64,000 nt of DNA, taken from an uncultured delta proteobacterium (lineage in GTDB: Bacteria > Desulfobacterota > Binatia > UBA9968). Numbering within the stretch: the stretch's first letter is position 1; each line of letters begins with the position of its first letter. Under the pieces are notes generated by a model. That model ran no database searches, had not been told where the DNA came from, and was given only the letters and a program-made list of their open reading frames with translations. Positions 61,983-64,000 of this stretch are shown here, in pieces. Position numbers and translations under genes: made by a program. The stretch covers positions 32,001-96,000 of the forward strand of contig CAVUVW010000010.1 in NCBI GenBank assembly GCA_963745035.1, written 5' to 3'.

Positions 61983-62327
61983 ATGCCGGAACAAATATCA
62001 AAATACCCTGACGTGACACTTCAGGTTTTGAGAGAGAGCGGCGCCGTTTGCGGTCAGGGCGCGCCACAGAACATCCTGAAGCAATGCCCTCGTGACCGTT
62101 TCTGTTCGCTCAAGACGGGAGAGATTTGCGTCTACGGCATCAACGATATTCCGAAGATGACTCAGGTGACAACGCAGGAGCTGGCCAAGGTCGTCTGTCC
62201 GCTCGCGCCGAAGGCGGCGTCGGTTTTTCCGGCCGGCGTCCCGGCGCTCGAAGCGGCTCTTGTTCTCGCCGTGTTTCTTTCCGGCGTCGGGCTCGGCAAG
62301 GTGTGGCGCAAGGGGCCGAGCAATTAA
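61983..62327 (+). CDS. hypothetical Cys-containing protein with C-terminal TM anchor
   Basis: GGAGG RBS; five Cys; hydrophobic tail followed by KVWRK. Confidence 0.6.
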   Translation: MPEQISKYPDVTLQVLRESGAVCGQGAPQNILKQCPRDRFCSLKTGEICVYGINDIPKMTQVTTQELAKVVCPLAPKAASVFPAGVPALEAALVLAVFLSGVGLGKVWRKGPSN

Positions 62328-62400
62328 AGCGATTGAGGCGCGTGAATCGCTTGTCAGCGCGCCGGTGGGTCCACTACACTGCGGAAAATCTTGGCTGAGC

Positions 62401-62495
62401 ATGAACGAGCCGCTGACGACGGCCGACTTGGCCGAGTTGGAGCGGATGCTCGCCGAGAGCGGAATCGGCACGGCGGAAGATCTGGAAAAAGCCAA
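62401..62495 (+). pseudogene. hsdR: type I RM HsdR C-terminal (EcoEI-like) fragment
   Basis: MNEPLTTADLAELERMLAESGIGTAEDLEKAK resembles the EcoEI R C-terminal domain (from memory). Confidence 0.55.
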
Positions 62496-62695
62496 ATTGG
62501 GCTGCGATGGGTGGATCTCTTCGTCCGCTCGGTGGCGGCCTAGATCGAAAGCTTTTGTAGCAGCGTGCTCGATAGGATGTTTGTTCGTCAAACAATGAAG
62601 ATATAGGACGGTCCGTCCAAGCGATTCGGTAAGCGTCGATTGTCCTGAAACGTGCTATACTCGGCCCTGAGCTGACAACGGCAGAGCTTGTATCA

Positions 62696-62977
62696 ATGCT
62701 CAATCGCAAGATGAAAATGGTTTATGTGTTCATTGCTGCCGCCTGCGTGCTATCCGGGTGTGCGCAGATTAAAGAGACTTTCCGCACCATCGGCCACACG
62801 ACGCGGGATGTGACTACCGAGATAGGGCACGGTGCCCGCGACGTCACCAGAGAGATCGGCCACGGCACCCGCGATGTAGTCCGCGACATCGGCGAGGGAA
62901 CGCGCGACGCGACCAAAGCCGCGAGCGAGCAAGTGAAAAAGGCCGTGCGGCCGGCGCCGGCGTCACCCGACTACTGA
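62696..62977 (+). CDS. small lipoprotein with four 11-aa repeats
   Basis: Lipobox VLSGC; IG(H/E)xxRD(V/A)xxx x4 (33-bp units, 62789-62920). Confidence 0.75.
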   Translation: MLNRKMKMVYVFIAAACVLSGCAQIKETFRTIGHTTRDVTTEIGHGARDVTREIGHGTRDVVRDIGEGTRDATKAASEQVKKAVRPAPASPDY

Positions 62978-63295
62978 GTCGCCCATAGCAACGCGGCCAG
63001 CGGGAGATTGCGGCGTTTTTTATGTGGTTCATTGCCGAGCGACTCCCGTTTCATCCGGTATCCCGTCGAGCGACAAACGATGTGAGAATACGTTCCTGGC
63101 CTCCTTCAGTCCCGCTCAGACCAGCTAGAGCGCAAAATGTTTTTATCGGGGCGTCCAGCGCCGGACCCCACCGGTATTTCCGCTTGAGAACGGCGAAACG
63201 ACGGTTTCCGCGCGCGGCTGCTGCGGTGCTTGTCAGGGCAGCGGTGGCTCCGGTACACTGCGGCAAATCTTTGTCATGAAACTCAGTTAACGCTC

Positions 63296-63394
63296 ATGCT
63301 CACCAATGAAATTCGCAGCCAAATCGATCAAATCTGGAATGCCTTCTGGTCCGGCGGTATTTCCAATCCGCTGGAGGTGATCGAGCAGATCACC
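63296..63394 (+). pseudogene. hsdM: type I RM HsdM N-terminal fragment
   Basis: MLTNEIRSQIDQIWNAFWSGGISNPLEVIEQIT, then similarity stops abruptly. Confidence 0.85.
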
Positions 63395-63458
63395 AATCCT
63401 CGAAGACGTGCGCAAGAAGGCGCTTGGGTAAGCTCTCGCTTGGACTGGCAAATCTTCG

Positions 63459-64000
63459 TTACGTGCGGAAATGCGGGATGACCTTCGTTGCGAAGGCTTC
63501 CACGCTTTCGTCATAGACTTTGCGCGCCGCGGTGAGCATCAGGTGTTCGACGCCGGCGGCTTTTAGCTCTTCGATTCTTGCAATGCATTCCTTCGGTGTG
63601 CCGGCGATGGAGAAGCGGTGCACGAGGTAGTCGTTGACCAGGTCGGGATCGACGCGGTCTTCCATCGGCTTCATGACGTCGAAGCCGGCGACGAATTTCT
63701 TGACGCCTTCCAATTCCTCGGGCGGCACGGTTTCGTAGGTAAAGCGGAAATTATGATGGGCGCGGTTGGCGATGCGGTTGCGGACGATCTTGCGCGCTTC
63801 GTTGCCGTCGTCGCGCACGCAGAGCATGCCCGCCGCGAGGATCGCGATGTCGCTCTCCTTGCGCCCGGCTTCCGCAGCGCCGGCTCGAATTTTTCGTTTG
63901 GCCCAATCATAAACGCGGAGATCGAAACCGGTGCCGAGGATGACGCCGTCGGCGCAGCGGCCGGCGAGCTGCAGTCCTTTGGGGCCTTCGGCGGAAACGT
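63459..64000 (-). CDS. LLM-class flavin-dependent oxidoreductase (5' end outside window, indel near 63850)
   Basis: AEGPKGLQLAGRCADGVILG, IAGTPKECIARIEEL, FATKVIP. Confidence 0.85.
   Translation of the reverse strand, partial: VSAEGPKGLQLAGRCADGVILGTGFDLRVYDWAKRKIRAGAAEAGRKESDIAILAAGMLCVRDDGNEARKIVRNRIANRAHHNFRFTYETVPPEELEGVKKFVAGFDVMKPMEDRVDPDLVNDYLVHRFSIAGTPKECIARIEELKAAGVEHLMLTAARKVYDESVEAFATKVIPHFRT

Noticed and set aside
62789-62920. CRISPR-like 33-bp periodicity
   Set aside because: Tandem in-frame coding repeats without spacers; no cas genes

Overview
GC-rich bacterial sequence that looks like a long-read metagenome contig. About a dozen otherwise intact genes carry 1-nt indels. The gene repertoire (many amidohydrolases, orphan NitT/TauT-type binding proteins, dense REP-like repeats) resembles Ca. 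Binatia/Binatota; this is an inference. 1-1.2 kb: integron gene cassettes (clear attC, putative attI, no intI) at a probable tRNA-island end. 2.6-20 kb: an almost entirely minus-strand mosaic in which full genes (TctC-like, Rieske oxygenase, class II aldolase, DedA-rhodanese) have diverged copies of their own 3' ends stacked downstream, three of them in nested last-in-first-out order. This suggests serial, homology-anchored gene accretion. The same region holds two TA modules and two adjacent probable selenoprotein genes with in-frame UGA and SECIS-like hairpins. 25.7-27.1 kb: an IS110-family (IS1111-type) element inserted in a REP, with target- and donor-matching guide segments readable in its 3' non-coding end. 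27-64 kb: catabolic and transport genes (FAD monooxygenases, molybdoenzyme, amidohydrolases, DUF1989 x2, VOC, cupin, ABC binding proteins, EmrAB-like and NodIJ-like exporters), ending in type I RM remnants and a partial LLM oxidoreductase. No rRNA, intact tRNA or CRISPR seen.
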